Source of the DNA: Octopus vulgaris
Taxonomy: Eukaryota
NCBI GenBank assembly: GCA_951406725.2
Contig: OX597831.1
Span: 36,332,001-36,396,000 of the forward strand
Length of the DNA: 64,000 bases
Reading direction: 5' to 3'
Shown here in pieces: positions 21,959 to 36,842 of this stretch. Below the pieces are notes generated by a model. It was not told where the DNA came from. It did not search any database and was given only the letters and a program-made list of their open reading frames with translations. A program made the position numbers and the translations under genes. How positions within the stretch are numbered: the first letter of the stretch is position 1; each line of letters opens with the position of its first letter.

Positions 21959-23744
21959 CATATATATATATACATATACATATATAGATTTACATAAACA
22001 CTCGCACACACACACACAAACACAAAGACACACACACATATATAATATTACGACTGCCACTATTTACTCATGCGCACAACCGCTCAACCAGCATGCATAC
22101 TTTTTCAACTAATAAGTTGACTACCACATAGTCGCTCGCCTTCTTAAAGATAGTACCAAAGTCAGTCGTTTCCACTAAAAAACGAACTCTAAAATATAAA
22201 ATAAATAATTATGAATAAATATTATAAATGAAATAATATTGGAATAATACAGAAAAACTGCGTGCCTTTGGTGATTTACCTGTTCGACCGAGGTTGTAAT
22301 AGAGTTAAAGAACAATGTTCGCAATAAGGTGAACAACGACCAGTGTGCTTATTAATTTGAAAGTACTTGAAATTGACGTAGATTATTTCTTTCTGATTGG
22401 TTCTTTAAAGTAGAAAGTGACACGGATAAATTTAGGTATAAATCTAAAGACATTTGCGCCATAAACGGACACGAACTTTGTTGTGACTTAGATGTAGCGA
22501 CGTGCCTAATTAAAACACAATGTCGAGAGATTTTCAAACTGTCTCCATTCACTGAGATCGAGACCAATCACGATCGCAACTACAAGAAGTTGGAAATCTG
22601 TCTATTATTATTAATACAATCATCGCACACAGGCTTCATTGAACGCCATATTTTCGCCAAAGACTTTTAATTTTGACACCTAAATCATCATAAAAGCGAT
22701 TTAATGTTTTCACTACAATTTTCGGTCTCAACATACTAATATATCTAGTCGTAAAATATTATTGTCATCGCTACTATTACCATATTTTTAGTACATTTAT
22801 CTTGTACCTAGTCAAATGAATTCACCATCATCATTATTATCATCATCATCATCATTGTCATCACCCCCACCACCATTCTCCGCGTCATCATGAATATCAT
22901 AGTTTTCATTGTTATTTTTGTTGTCGCTTGCTAGTTTTGAGCGAACTTTGTAAAACTATTCCTGCTTTGTAAGACAGAACATATTGATTTCTAAGAATTG
23001 TCACTTTTATGGTAATGTTGTCTTGCTGGCATTTTGATCAAGAAACGCCGGCTGCACAGATGTTTCTGTGTGTGTAATGATTTTGTGTTCAAGGCTAGTA
23101 CTAAAACGCAGCGAAAGCCACTTCGTTTTCCTGTTTACTAACGGACTGTAGTAAGATACTAAAACTAAAAGCAATAAAAGCTACGTGTCTTTTATTTGTT
23201 TGATTATGGCGATTTTCAGTTTATGTCGATGCTCAAAGTGAATTATACACGAGAAACACAGACATATAACTATTACAGTATAGCATCAAAAATATTTGGT
23301 TTAATCATCGGGATAAATAAATAGCAATTTTTGCTACCACCCGCCCGCCCGCCCGCTCATACCGACTCCGCATGTCGCCGACGAATTCAATTGAAATGCA
23401 TGTCACGGATTTCAGTTACTGCCGTTTGGTCAGACATTTGTACACAATTTGAAATAATCATTCTCAACTGAAATCAACGAACATTGTACTCTTTTATATT
23501 CAGGAATATCAATACAGAAATGAAAGTACGTAAAGTACAAAAGGAAGTTAGTGTAGAGTATTGCGTTGTTGTTTTTGTCTCGTACTAGACCAAGCCTAAG
23601 CGAGCTGACACATTCAATGAGGTTCCATCTATAATCATCCTCAATTTTAAATATATAATGTACACATAAACACACACACACACACACACACGCAATACCT
23701 ATATGTGTGTGCGTGTATTAATATGTGTGTGTATGTGTGTAGAG

Positions 23745-23935
23745 CCAATTCAAATAAGCGAAAAATAAAATTAACGACGGGGGATGTGCACAAAGAATGT
23801 ATTAGTTTGACGTTCAGTAAAAAGAGAGAAATTTTGACGTTTCGAGCATAGCTCTTCGTCGAAAAGGAGAAAGGGAAAAGTCCAAAGAAGGAAAAGAAAT
23901 CGCCAACGGCACCTGTGTAGTTACATTGTCATATA
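23745..23935 (-). mobile_element. Short element with a minimal HHR variant (related to 1967-2165)
   Basis: Minus strand 23832-23865: TTTT-CGACGA-A-GAGC-TAT-GCTC-GAAACGTC-AAAA. Shares the aatgtattagt..g.cg.tcag context with the 2-kb copy. Confidence 0.6.
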
Positions 23936-23999
23936 TATGCGCACGCGTATGTGTACCATAGTCTCTCCTGTTGTTAAACGACGTATGAGGGTTCTGTAA

Positions 24000-24242
24000 T
24001 TTCTTAGTGAACAACCATACGGATGGTTTCTTTATAGGAATCGAATGTTTGTGTACACATAATCTCACCCCTTCCATCAACCCGACATTATCTGGACAAT
24101 GTAAGGTGACGAAATGATCGCAGAACAACGTGAAATGAAGTGTTTTGCTGAAGAACTCAACGCAACACCCGGTCTGGAAATCGAAACTACGATCTCACAA
24201 TCGTGTGCGCAACACTCTAACCACTAAGCCAAGCACCTCCAT
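24000..24242 (-). mobile_element. SINE family C (diverged)
   Basis: caacgtgaaatgaagtgttttgct...ctctaaccactaagcc. Confidence 0.65.
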
Positions 24243-24464
24243 ACAGGAAAAGATGCTGAAAAGTTTCTGACTTTCAGACTACTGCGAAAGGCCTGGCTGG
24301 AGGCCCAACCTTCCAAGTTCTTTTACGGTGCTTAGAAAAACTGGAAGACCGCTGCAATAAATGCATGAAACTGAGAGGGGAATATGTTGGATAAAATCAT
24401 AATTAACTGATCCTCCTGTATTTTCTTTCACCAAAAGACAAGACCTTTTCAGCAAACGCTCGTA
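24242..24464 (+). mobile_element. Internally deleted mariner (MITE)
   Basis: Imperfect TIRs gctgaaaagtttctg / agaccttttcagc. Retains the transposase C-terminus KLEDRCNKCMKLRGEYV. Confidence 0.7.
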
Positions 24465-27400
24465 TGACGCATTCTAAGGCAGTATGGTATGATTTCAGAG
24501 AAATTTGACTCGTATATTTTGGTGATAGTCTAACATCATATAAGTTACATCATTTGTGATGCTATATATTCAGATGTATCCTAAATGTAAGCAAGTCAGG
24601 ATTATCTGCAAAACATCTATTAATGAATAAAGCAATTCATTGAATGAAACTAATACGAAAATAAAACGATATAATGAAAAAGTTGAAGTCAATTCCTGAC
24701 ATATCAGTTCAACAAAAGAGACCAATAGAAAAAGTAACAGGCTAAAAATAAAGTACTGAGGTCCCAGCATGGCTGGTGTCCAATAACTGAAACAAGTAAA
24801 ATATATGTGCGCGCACACACACATACAAACCGCATACATAAGTATTGTATAATACTTTGCGAAATGCACCCCCGGAGTGCTTTTAACGGAATATACGCAA
24901 CATGTTCTCCGTTCTCCGGCTAATCTTCACCTTTCTTTTCTCTCAGTCCTCGGTGGCCTCTAGCAATGTCAGGGAAGCTGGTCTTATTCCACTGATTAAA
25001 ATATTTTAATTGTTAAATAAGTTCTTCCTTGACACCGAACCGTGTCGCAGATACGGTTTGCAAGGAAACTATCAGATATATTAAGCCACCATCGTAGTAG
25101 AGAACTGGTTTGAATGAAAACAAAATGTAAAGTGAATTAGAATGAATTTCTCTGCGTAACGTGGTATTTATAAAGACACAGGTGCTTAAGTTCGAAGCTA
25201 TGGCGAGTCCAAATTTACTTTGCTATGACGCTTGCGTGTGTATATCCATGTGTGTGTGCGTCTATGCGCGTGTGTGTACGTGATATCTGTCTATCTATGT
25301 ATTAATGACAACTTCACTTATGCTTCCTGAATATATACAGCTAATAACCCTTTACATCATCAAAGCCGATATTGATGCCGTATAGTTACAAATATCCTTC
25401 AGAAGAGATTTATTGATCCATCAACAACAGCTGCAAATCCTGTTTACTGATGTACATCTTATTCTAATTCTTGGTATTAAAGTGCAGATTTATATGTAAG
25501 AATCTGATTCAATCAATCAATATTGCATATGTATGACGCAAAGTGCAATAAAATGAGACAGCCGATCAAATGTTTGTAATCAGAAGTGCTGGTCGATGGC
25601 TGACCAGATTCTTGTAATGTTACGGAAGAGACAAATGGGAGATGCGATGATTCATTGCATTTGCCTTGAAATATATCAGCAAAACTCCTACGAATTGCAC
25701 TCTAGCTTTCCAAAAAAGTAAAGTATTTTCAATGTTGTAGTCATTGATACATTATATTTAGAATAAAAGAGATAACCAGGACAAGGAAAATTTTGATTAG
25801 AGATCTGCCTGAATGCTGTTGACTTGGGTCTAAACTCACCCACATTCTAAAATTCTGTAAGGAATTTAATATTTTACCATATGAGTGTATAATATGGAAA
25901 AAGGACCCCGTGTTTAAAGGGAATGATATATTTGATTATATTAGCGCCAATACATATAACTGCATTTTTATTGAAGGATCCCGGATAGGTGAAAGTCAAA
26001 TTTCACTTTGGCATAAATTGAAATTCCAACAAGGCATTCTCTCCGTTGCTCTCTCTATCGATGGAATGGCGAAAATGTTAGATTGATAGACTGTAAATGT
26101 CTTTGGAAATTTAAGCCTCATTGTATGTATTCTACAATATAGTATCATCATAGGCGACTTCATCATTCACGACACTGCAACCGGTCGATAAAGTAAGGAC
26201 CTCTAATTTATTGAGTTAAATAAACTACATTAATCTTTCTCTGAAGTTATATGATGTTGTGTCAATATTACGATCGATAAAATCAAAATGATTTGCTGTA
26301 TTTAGTTACGTCTGGTGAGATTGATGTAGTGGATGTCCAATCCGAATATCTACAGTTAGCTAACGGGTAGAACTGCACGAATGTCGGACAGATATTGACT
26401 TCTTTGGGATAATCGATTTTGCTCTCTATGTTGTGAGTTCAAATTACGCCGATATTAACTTTGCCTTTCTTCCTATCGGGGTCGATAAATAGAGATACTA
26501 TTCCAATGCTGGGATCAATCCTTCGCTTTGTTTTTGTTTATCTACTTTCTCTCTTCTGGAAGAAACTGGCTGTGGTAAGACTGGAGTGGGGGTAGATTCC
26601 TAAAAGAGCCCAAGTCTCCCTCAATGAGTAGAGAGCCCAAGGACGTCTATAGAGATATCAAGAACGAGGTCAGAAGCTACAATATGGTTCTGATGCTTGT
26701 AGGGGAACGAACTACGCTAAAGACCCCCAAAGTAAAGAAAGAAAACCGCACCAAGTGTGTAATTAGACACAAAAACATAAAAGATTTTGTTATGTCGTGG
26801 GTACACACGTCCAGTGTAAAATTATATTATACAAATAAATAAATTATTTATTGCAGAAAAATATGTTAACACAGAATGTACTCCGTACCACTCGAACGTG
26901 GGTACGATATTCAGTATTTACGTCGAACTAACACACCAAACCAGCACGGCCGAACTAACACCGTCAACTACGTCCCTGACAGTTCGCTCAGTTCTTATCT
27001 ATTGTAATCGGTTAGTCCACGTTCAGTCGCGTGGGTGTGTTCAGAATTCTCCCATAGCAGATTTGAACAAAACAAAAGCTACAAACGTGTGACGGTCATA
27101 TTTTTCTTAACAAGAACTTCTCGATTGGCAGAAGCTATTCCAACATGCAATGTGTGTTACATATAATACATTCACGATAACGAAAATTTCTTATTCCCCC
27201 CCAAAAATCTCTCATCGGTCCCTTTTTCTCTTATGTATTTTTGCCTATAACAGGAAAAGGCTTATTAATTTACGACATTGTGCAAAGGAAAGAAACGGAA
27301 AAGTAAAAACCGTAATAAGATTTATTCTTTTCTCTTAACAAGAATTGATGCATTATGGGTAGGGAAAACGTTGACAAGGTGCGAGTTCTTTTAGTTGTTG

Positions 27401-27520
27401 TTTAATGCTGGAAGTTAGAGAAGAAAGAGAAACGAATAAATCAAAATCCTTGACAATAATGGCGAGTTATTTTAATAAGCTGTCTAGTAAGCTAACGTCA
27501 GCAGCAAATAAATAGGGTTG

Positions 27521-27582
<62 letters not shown>

Positions 27583-28139
27583 TCTGTTGCTGCCTCTGCT
27601 GCTGCTACTGCTACGACTACCTCATTAATAATCATCTAACTTGCCATCGTAAAAAACTGTTAAATTACACCCCTTTCCGCATTTATTTTCACACTTACAT
27701 GCACACACACACACACACGCACACTCCCTCACACACACACACACAACACACACACACACACAACGTGCATGCATGCAAGAGAACCGGTAAGATTTGAATT
27801 TAAAAAACAACAAAATACCAGACAAAAATTCTCAATAGGAAACGTAATCGAGTACTATAGATTAAAATTCACAAAAACAAGACAAAAACAAAACACCTTT
27901 TTTCAAAATTCTGTCGCTTTTCGTTCGTTTGATGTTTATTTACTCACTTATTTATTTATTCATTTATGGTACAATGTCCAGTAGGTTTTAGTCACGGAAT
28001 AAAACATGATTTCCTAATGATAAGTCATAAACAGTACACATCTTGATTAGAAAAAAGATAGATAAAACACGCGAACACACACATAGACAGAATCTAATAC
28101 TAAAGACGTCATAGAAGAAGAAGGCAGCAACAACACCAC

Positions 28140-28345
28140 CCCCTGCGAAAACAGCTAAAGCTCCGGCAGAGGGTGGTGGCGACCCTTGTTGTACTCTTTC
28201 GCTCCAACTTTCTCTCACTCTTTCTTCCTGTTTCTTGTCCCCGACTTCCTACGCAACCGCTGAGCCTGGATGCGCATTCATTCATCCGTCGATGCTCTCG
28301 GTGTCGGGAGTTGACCTGCTTTCTCTTCTGCGGGTCTTACGAATA
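28140..28345 (+). mobile_element. SINE family D body
   Basis: ctaaagctccggcagagggtggtggcgaccc...caactttctctcactctt shared with 43925 and 4874. Confidence 0.7.
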
Positions 28346-28725
28346 GCAAAGGACCACGTATCGGACTTCTCCCACTGGGACGAAGACCGCTTCGCTCAAC
28401 AAACAAACAAACAAACAAAGCAGCAACAACAACAAATAGAAAAGAACTCGGAGAGCGCAGACCTCCGCCAAGCAGCTCATTTCCACCTATATACACGCAT
28501 TGCTGAAAATCGCCCAATTTTCCAAACCAACGCCGGCAAAAACATAACCTCCTTGGCGGGGAGAAAAAGAAATAACACAACCATATGATTTTAAGAAAAC
28601 AAATACCTTTAAAAACAGGAATCATCTGAAGCAGTTCACAACCACCAACGTCATCAGCAGCATTGTCATTGCTTCCACTTCAACCACATACACAGCCATC
28701 AATGTAATCATGACGGTTCCCTTGA

Positions 28726-28957
28726 CAGGCGAGCTGGCAGAAACGTCAACACGCCGGGCGAAATGCTTAGTGGTATTTCGTCTGCGTTACGTTGTGAGTT
28801 CAAATTCCGCCGAGGTCGACTTTGCCTTTCATCTTTTCGGGGTCGATAAATTAAGTACCAGATACGCACTGGGGTCGATGTAATCGGCTTAATACCTATG
28901 TCTGTCCTTGTTTGTCCCCTCTGTGTTTAGCCCCTTGTGGGTAATAAAGAAATAGGT
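28726..28957 (+). mobile_element. SINE family B, full length
   Basis: Head, B box, central domain and tail gccccttgtgggtaataaagaaatagg all present. Confidence 0.9.
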
Positions 28958-29469
28958 TGCCTTGACAGTCACTTTCACCACCACAACCAGTATAACCACT
29001 GCAATACCATCATCACACAACTAATACTATTATCAACACCACTGTTACCACCATCACCTCAGCATCACACATCACACCACTCCTGTCGCCATTATAACCA
29101 CCGATACTATTTTATCCTCTCTCATACTTATCTCGACCATCATCATCATCATCATCATCAACAGTTTCTAAACAGCAACGCCCCCATAGGTTATGTGGAA
29201 ACGATGTGTTTTCAAGGGAGATAATCAAAGAACGTAACATTGTAATATTTCATGTAAAGTAAATATAACAAATGAAAAGTCCTTCAATTCCCGGACCACT
29301 ACCAAAATTTCATTCTCTGTTTCGTGAGTCATTACCAACGTTTCCTGCAAGTTTCATTAATTACCGTTCCCAACTTTTTAAGTTATTTTGCACACAGACG
29401 GACAGACGGACAAACCAACACCGATGAAAACATAACTTCCTTCCTTGTCGGATTAACAAGCGTAATAAT

Positions 29470-29673
29470 ACTCCTTTATAACATGAGCATAAGGCTTGAA
29501 ATTTTAGGGGAAGGGGATGAGCCCAGGGCTCAACTGGTACTTGTTTTATTGATCCCAAAATCATGAAAGGCAAAGCCGACTTGAGCGGTATTTGAACTCT
29601 GAACGTAAATACGTACGAAATGCCGCTAAGCATTTTATCTGGCGTTGTGACGATTCTGCCAGCTCACCGCCTT
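29470..29673 (-). mobile_element. SINE family B (diverged)
   Basis: tgaaaggcaaagccgac...tttgaactc...ttctgccagctcaccgcctt. Confidence 0.75.
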
Positions 29674-29686
29674 GATAATAATAATG

Positions 29687-29772
<86 letters not shown>

Positions 29773-30232
29773 CCTTTCTGCTTTGGCCACAAAGCCTGAA
29801 ATTTTGGGGAGGCGGTAAGTCGACTACATCGACTCCAGTAGGCAACTGGTACTTAATTCATAAAGGCGGAGAGCTGGCAGAATCGTTAGCACGCTGGGTG
29901 AAATGCTTATTGGTATTTCGTCTGCCGTTACGTTCTGAGTTCAAATTCCGCAGAGGTTGACTTTGCCTTTCATCCTTTCGGGGTCGATAAATTAAGTACC
30001 AGTTACGCACTGGGGTCGATGTAATCGACTTAATCCGCTTGTCTGTCCTTGTTTGTCCCCTCTGTGTTTAGCCCCTTGTGGGTAGTAAAGAAATAGGTAC
30101 TTAATTCATCGACCCCGAAAGAATGAAAGGCAAAGTCGACCTTGGCGGAATTTGAACTCAGAACGTAACGGCAGACGAAATACAGCTAAGCATTTTTTTC
30201 CCAGCGTACTAACGTTTCTGCCAGCTCACCGA
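29773..30232. mobile_element. Nested SINE family B: plus copy (29862-30098) inside a minus copy
   Basis: 14-bp direct repeat ggtacttaattcat at 29848-29861 and 30096-30109. Confidence 0.85.
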
Positions 30233-30234
30233 TG

Positions 30235-30271
<37 letters not shown>

Positions 30272-30307
30272 TAATAATAATGATAATAATAATAATAGTA
30301 ATAGTGT

Positions 30308-30375
<68 letters not shown>

Positions 30376-30427
30376 TATAATAATAATGATAATAATAATA
30401 ATAATAATGATAATAATAATAATAATG

Positions 30428-30489
<62 letters not shown>
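30232..30489. repeat. (TAA)n-rich microsatellite
   Basis: Direct reading. Confidence 0.95.
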
Positions 30490-30491
<2 letters not shown>

Positions 30492-31962
30492 TCGCAACGG
30501 CGCAAATAAATCAGAAGAATTTTGCTAAAACGTCTCCAAGTCTGGTTAGTTTGTTTTCGAACTAAATCATTTCTTGATGTCTAATTGTAAAACGCTGTAA
30601 TTATTTCTTTTTATGGTATTTTGCTGCTTTGGTGTATTTTGTCTTCTTTGTTGTTTTTATGACATTTTTCTGATATCTGATATTGTTTTTATTTATTTAC
30701 CATGATTTTTCTTTAAGTCTGGTCGCTTTCTTTTTTTCCTTCTGTCTTTTTCTATTTTTTTTTTTTTGTTTTCGTTTTGCTTTTTTGATATTGGTTCTTC
30801 GATGCAAAGAAATAACCTAAGATTTCTTCATTTTGACTTGTTATAAATGTTTTTTGCTGTTTTATAACATACGGGCAATTAAGTTACAACTTATTTATTC
30901 ATTGAATAGGATTAGAATACTGTTATGTAGATTGTACCAACGCTGCTGGACAATTTTATAGCAATTACGCCTGAATGCTAGATTATTTCTCAGCTTCACT
31001 AATATTAACTATAATACTATTCGTTAGTACTGTCATTTATTTCAGCTATTCTGGGATTTAATCTGAGATTTATTTCAAAATAGCGAAGCGGTATTTTCTG
31101 ACTGCGACACAAATCAGATTCCTTGCTGTGTTTGAATTTCAAGTTGGAAAACTACTTCATTGGCATCACTGGGGAAAATAAATGAACGGTTTTATATTTC
31201 CCTTACCAATATATTCGAAGATACATATTTATGTTAGGAATTACAGATTTCATCTACTTTTCATTCAAGTGAATGTATTGAAAATTCTGTCCTTATAGGA
31301 AGACAGAAACTCAAGTGTGTCGAAAATCTAATTGACTGAACTTCAGTACACAATCAATATAGATTCTATATTTGACCTCTCTCTTTCATTCGGACATGCT
31401 TTTTCGCAAGAATAATTTATATACATTGCTTCCCTCGAGTAAACAGCTATATCGTTTTCATTCTTTTGTATCTTATACAAGACTGTACGAGAACCAGACC
31501 GGTCGTTATGCGAGAAGAATCCACAGCAAAAGTATGGATATCATTTTCTTTGAGATCCATAGCTGATATCAGCAAATAAAAAGTTAGTAGAGGGTAGTTG
31601 TAAAACATGTGATGCAACGAAGATGGAGAAAATGGAGTTACGTGAGATAAATCTGTCAATTATGAGAGTTTAGTTGTTTCCTTCCTTCCTGAAGGATCGA
31701 TAAGTGTCAGTTACACAATGGAGTTAAAACCATCGATAATAACAATTTACTGTTTCTAAAGGAATACGTGCTCATGTGCAGAATAAATGGATAAGAAATA
31801 TGAAAGACTTTTGGCGCAATGGTTTAGCTTGTGGTTTACATTAATACCGACTCCATATATTCTGATAGACAACCAGCTGAAGAAGACACCGAATCGACAA
31901 ACTATGGTAGAAAGTTTTCTTCCGTAGCTTCTGATTATATTATATTATATAATATATATATA

Positions 31963-32003
<41 letters not shown>

Positions 32004-32113
32004 ATATATACATTCACTCACAATCATATATATGTACATACACACACATGCATATAAATATATACATACACATACACACATATATATACATATGTACATA
32101 TGTATGTATGTAC

Positions 32114-32145
<32 letters not shown>

Positions 32146-32249
32146 TTCGGTGCGAATATACGCGCGCGTGTGTGTAAATGCGTGTATGTAAACGTACACA
32201 CCATTTACTTTCAGGAAGACAAATTATGAACAGTATATCTTTCTTCTTG

Positions 32250-32314
<65 letters not shown>

Positions 32315-32317
32315 ATA

Positions 32318-32355
<38 letters not shown>

Positions 32356-32476
32356 GCTAGCTAGCTAGCTAGCTATCTTTGTATCTGCCTGTCGATCCGT
32401 CTATTTGTCTAACTATTTATCTTTCTATCATAAAATTTACTTTTAGATGAAAAAAAAAACAAATAAGAATACTGAA

Positions 32477-32517
<41 letters not shown>

Positions 32518-32520
<3 letters not shown>

Positions 32521-32711
32521 TTTTACTCTTTTACTTGTTTCAGTCATTTGACTGCGGCCATGCTGGATCACCACCTTTAGTCGAGCAAATCGACCACGGG
32601 ACTTATTCTTTGTAAGCCCAGTACTTATTCTATCGGTCTCTTTTGCCGAACCGCTAAGTGACGGGGACGTAAACACACAACCATCGGTTGTCAAGCAATG
32701 CTAGGGAGACA

Positions 32712-32743
<32 letters not shown>

Positions 32744-32927
32744 TATATATATATACATATATACGACAGACTTCTTTCAGTTTCCATCTACCAAATCCAC
32801 TCACAAGTAATTGGTCGGCCCGGGGCTATAGCAGAAGACACTTGCCCAAGATGCCACGCAGTGGGACTGAACCCGTAACCATGTGGTTGGTTAGCAAGCT
32901 ACTTACCACACAGCCACTCCTGCGCCT
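32518..32927 (-). mobile_element. SINE family A, full length
   Basis: Reverse-complement match to 44159-44585 with internal (CA)/(TA) tract. Confidence 0.9.
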
Positions 32928-32955
32928 ATATATATTTATATTTATATATATATAT

Positions 32956-33038
<83 letters not shown>

Positions 33039-33654
33039 GGATGTGGTGGGTGTGAAGGGATTGTCTAAATTGTGAAAATTTATATTCAACTTCATATTTA
33101 ATGGTGATTGACAATTTTTACTTGATAAAATTGCATCAAAAAGAATTTATAGCCTCCAATTCATTTCAATAAAATTTTGGAGGTAGTTGTGTTGCTGGCC
33201 AAGGCGAACGTAGTGTCGGCATATCTGTATGCTTTGCTTTTATTCTATACTATGTTACTTTATTTTATTTTCCTGTAGTCTGTATTTATAATCAACAGAC
33301 GCACCGAGTCTTAATTGCTAACCGTTTTATTTTTCAGCTCTCCTCAGCATCATACACTTAACACATACTCAAAGTATATAACGCAGATCCTCACACATAA
33401 ATGCTACGTAAGTGTGAAGATACTTGCTGGAGGTAATGGTAGCGGTGGTGGTTTAGATTGAAGTGCCGTCAAAATACGCTAATGAGTAAATGACAAGAAG
33501 TAAATAGTTTGATTCGTAATTAGGGTACCTACTTTACGTCTTCCAAAGTGGAACATACGCATTCATATTTGCATACATACACATATTAACTCACACGTTT
33601 GTAGATACAAATATATGTGCACGTATGTGTATATCTGTGTATATAGACGCATAT

Positions 33655-33715
<61 letters not shown>

Positions 33716-33941
33716 TATCTGTGTGTGTGTGATATACATTACACACATCGCACATACAAATTTATAGATTTTCGAAAACCAACTTCAACATATGATTTAG
33801 TTTTTTTATTTATTAAACTTTCTTTAAAATATCGTAGCTCATTAATGAGCGTATGTTTGTGTGTATATGCATACATGCATGCGTGTGCGTATGTATGTTT
33901 CTCTATGTATGTATGCATGTATGTATGTATGTGCGTATATC

Positions 33942-33978
<37 letters not shown>

Positions 33979-34123
33979 TTACGACGAAATAGTTCCTTTT
34001 GTCTATAGGTTGGATTTGTGTGAAAATCGGAACAGTTATGTATGACTCGTTTTTAGTTTTACTCAAATATTTCTCTCAGTATATATCGTATTGTTTATGC
34101 AAATCATCTCAAACATAATTATA

Positions 34124-34284
34124 TAGCAGGAGTGGCTGTGTGGTAAGAAACTTGCTTCCCAGCCACATAGTTCCGGGTTCGATCTCATTGTATGACACCT
34201 TGGACAAGTGTCTTCAACTATAGCCTCGGGCCGAACAAAACCTTGTGAGTTATTTGGTAGATGGAAACTGAAAGATGCTCGTCG

Positions 34285-34340
<56 letters not shown>

Positions 34341-34590
34341 TGTCTGTGCGCGTTTGCGTGTGTGTGTGTCTGTGTTTGTCCCTCACCGCCGCTTGACAAC
34401 CGGTTTTGGTGTGTTTATGTTCCCCGTAAGTTAGCGGTTCGGCAAGAGACCGATGGAATAATTACCAGGCTTTGAAAAATGTTTAAAATTTTGTGGTTAA
34501 TGCATTCGATTAAAATTCTTCAAGGCGGTGCTCCAGCATGGCCGCAATCAAATGACTGAAGCAGGTAAAAGGAAAGAATAAAAGAATACA
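34124..34590 (+). mobile_element. SINE family A, full length
   Basis: gcaggagtggctgtgtggtaag head, gggttcgatc B box, ggtgctccagcatggccgca tail. Confidence 0.9.
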
Positions 34591-34666
34591 AGCTGAAGTC
34601 GTAGAAACCATGCAATATTTTATATGGGTCACAAAGCAGTCAGTCCCTTCATTATAAGCGATCATT

Positions 34667-35048
34667 AAGGCGACGAGCTGGCAGAAACGTTAGCACGCCG
34701 GGCGAAATGCTTAGCGGTATTTCGTCTGTCTTTACGTTCTGAGTTCAAATTCGGCCGAGGTCGACTGTGCCTTTCATTCTTTCGGGGTCGATAAATTAAG
34801 TACGAGTTACACACTGGGGTCGATGTAATCGACTTATTCTATTTGTTTGTTTTTGTTTAGCCCCTTGTGGGTAGTAAAGAAATAGGTATTTCATATACCG
34901 GTACGTTCGGAGCTCAAATTCCGCCGAGGTCGACTTTGCCTTTCATCCTTTTGGGGTCGATGAATTAAGTACCAGATGTGTACTGGGGTCGATCTAATCG
35001 ACAGGCACCCTCCCCAAAATATCTGGCCTTGCGCCTAGAGTAGAAAAG
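34667..35048 (+). mobile_element. SINE family B with duplicated body
   Basis: Two central domains joined at aagaaataggtatttc. Confidence 0.88.
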
Positions 35049-35196
35049 TTTATTAGCGATCATTTTCTCTTGGTATATAAAACGTTTGTGAGAATGTATA
35101 TAACAATTTCTTTCGAAACTGTGCGTTTTGAGCTATACACACAGCAAAAGACTACCCAGCAATATTTCACAGCAGATGGTTACAATTTTTGCTTAA

Positions 35197-35315
<119 letters not shown>

Positions 35316-36785
35316 GAAATGAAGAAAATGCTGACAAAATAATTTAAGTAATTTAAGTAATTTAATTAGGTGAAAGTTCTCTTTACCGGTTTCCTTACTG
35401 ATAGATTTTTTCCTCTTATATATATATATATATATATATATTAGTTTGTGTGGTAGTCATTCACATATTCTCAAAGTCTTACTCTTCCTATCATCTAGGA
35501 TCTGGTAAGACCAGCATCAAACAACTTTCCTACTGCATGTTCATCCCTTTTTATTTTGGATTTTCGTGTTATATCTCTTGTCTGTCCCGACAAGAATTCA
35601 TCGTTAAAACTATCGGTTTTATTCTTCATAACAGGTATTATTTAAAATAATGAAAAATTTATATCGCCACACTACATTAAGTATGTCAGCTCTTACTTAA
35701 CTGTATCTTCTCCCTACAGGAAACACCCTAGTGAACTTTTAATTTTGATGAAATACCTTCCTATTCAGACCAGTCTCAATTTTCATGTATTCTGTTGCTT
35801 TTCTTAAGTATTATACTGATATGAACGACGAAAAAATATCGTACGGCACAGCATGTAATAACCAAAGAATAGAGTATTAGTTAGTACATTGTTTTCACTT
35901 GTTTCCACTGAAATTTTTATCACAGCATCACACTCTTCATTTTAGATAGAGTGCATCTAAATATATTTTTACTATTTTAAATTACATCAATCAGAGCAGT
36001 TTCATACAAAACAATTCACGAGAATGTATAATGATTTGGTTTCTTTCCGACGAAAGAAAATCACATGGAACTATCTTTATCTCCAGTATTTATCTCTACT
36101 CTACACAAAGTAACTCGTAACAATAACGATATATTCCTTATTGATGTAAGAAAACTGTCAGGTACACCATTACGGTTTAACTATTTGCATTCATTACCGA
36201 AGTTGATTTAGCTTCAAATAGAAGCTTAGAGTTGTGATAAGAGTTAGTAAATTATTCAGAGTGAGCGAATCCGATCTTGTAATAGAATCGTTGATAATCA
36301 TCAGATACCAATCGCAATCAATTACCAATTAACTTGAGAAATTTACTGAAAAAAAAAGCAAAAACAAAACAAAACAATAAATCTGAAACATAACAGAGGA
36401 ACGGCGTTTGCTTTCCAATTTTCAATGACACTAATGTGGAAAAAACCCCAACAAAACAAAACAGTCCTTATGTTGGGAGAAGAAAAGGGATCTTTGTTGA
36501 CGGGTAATGGAATATAATAGATTCCATATAACGCCGGTGTAATCTTATCACGTGTTTGGGCAAAAATTAGAATCAGTCATAAGGTGCACATAAACCAAAA
36601 AAACAGAACTAACATTTTGATGACATACTTATTCGTTGCTTACATCAGACGCATGCGCGCACGTGTTTGAATTTATAAGAAGAGGAAAAACTATTAATTA
36701 CATGCAATAAAATTTAATGATTTAATGGAATCTAAGGGATTCCATCGTCGCTATTCCAATGTTTTCGCTCCTATTTTATACATCG

Positions 36786-36840
<55 letters not shown>

Positions 36841-36842
<2 letters not shown>

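Noticed and set aside
26560-26850. GC-richer patch ending in aaataaataaa as an exon or LINE 3' end
   Set aside because: No diagnostic protein motif or ribozyme core; could be an old LINE tail but I cannot support it.
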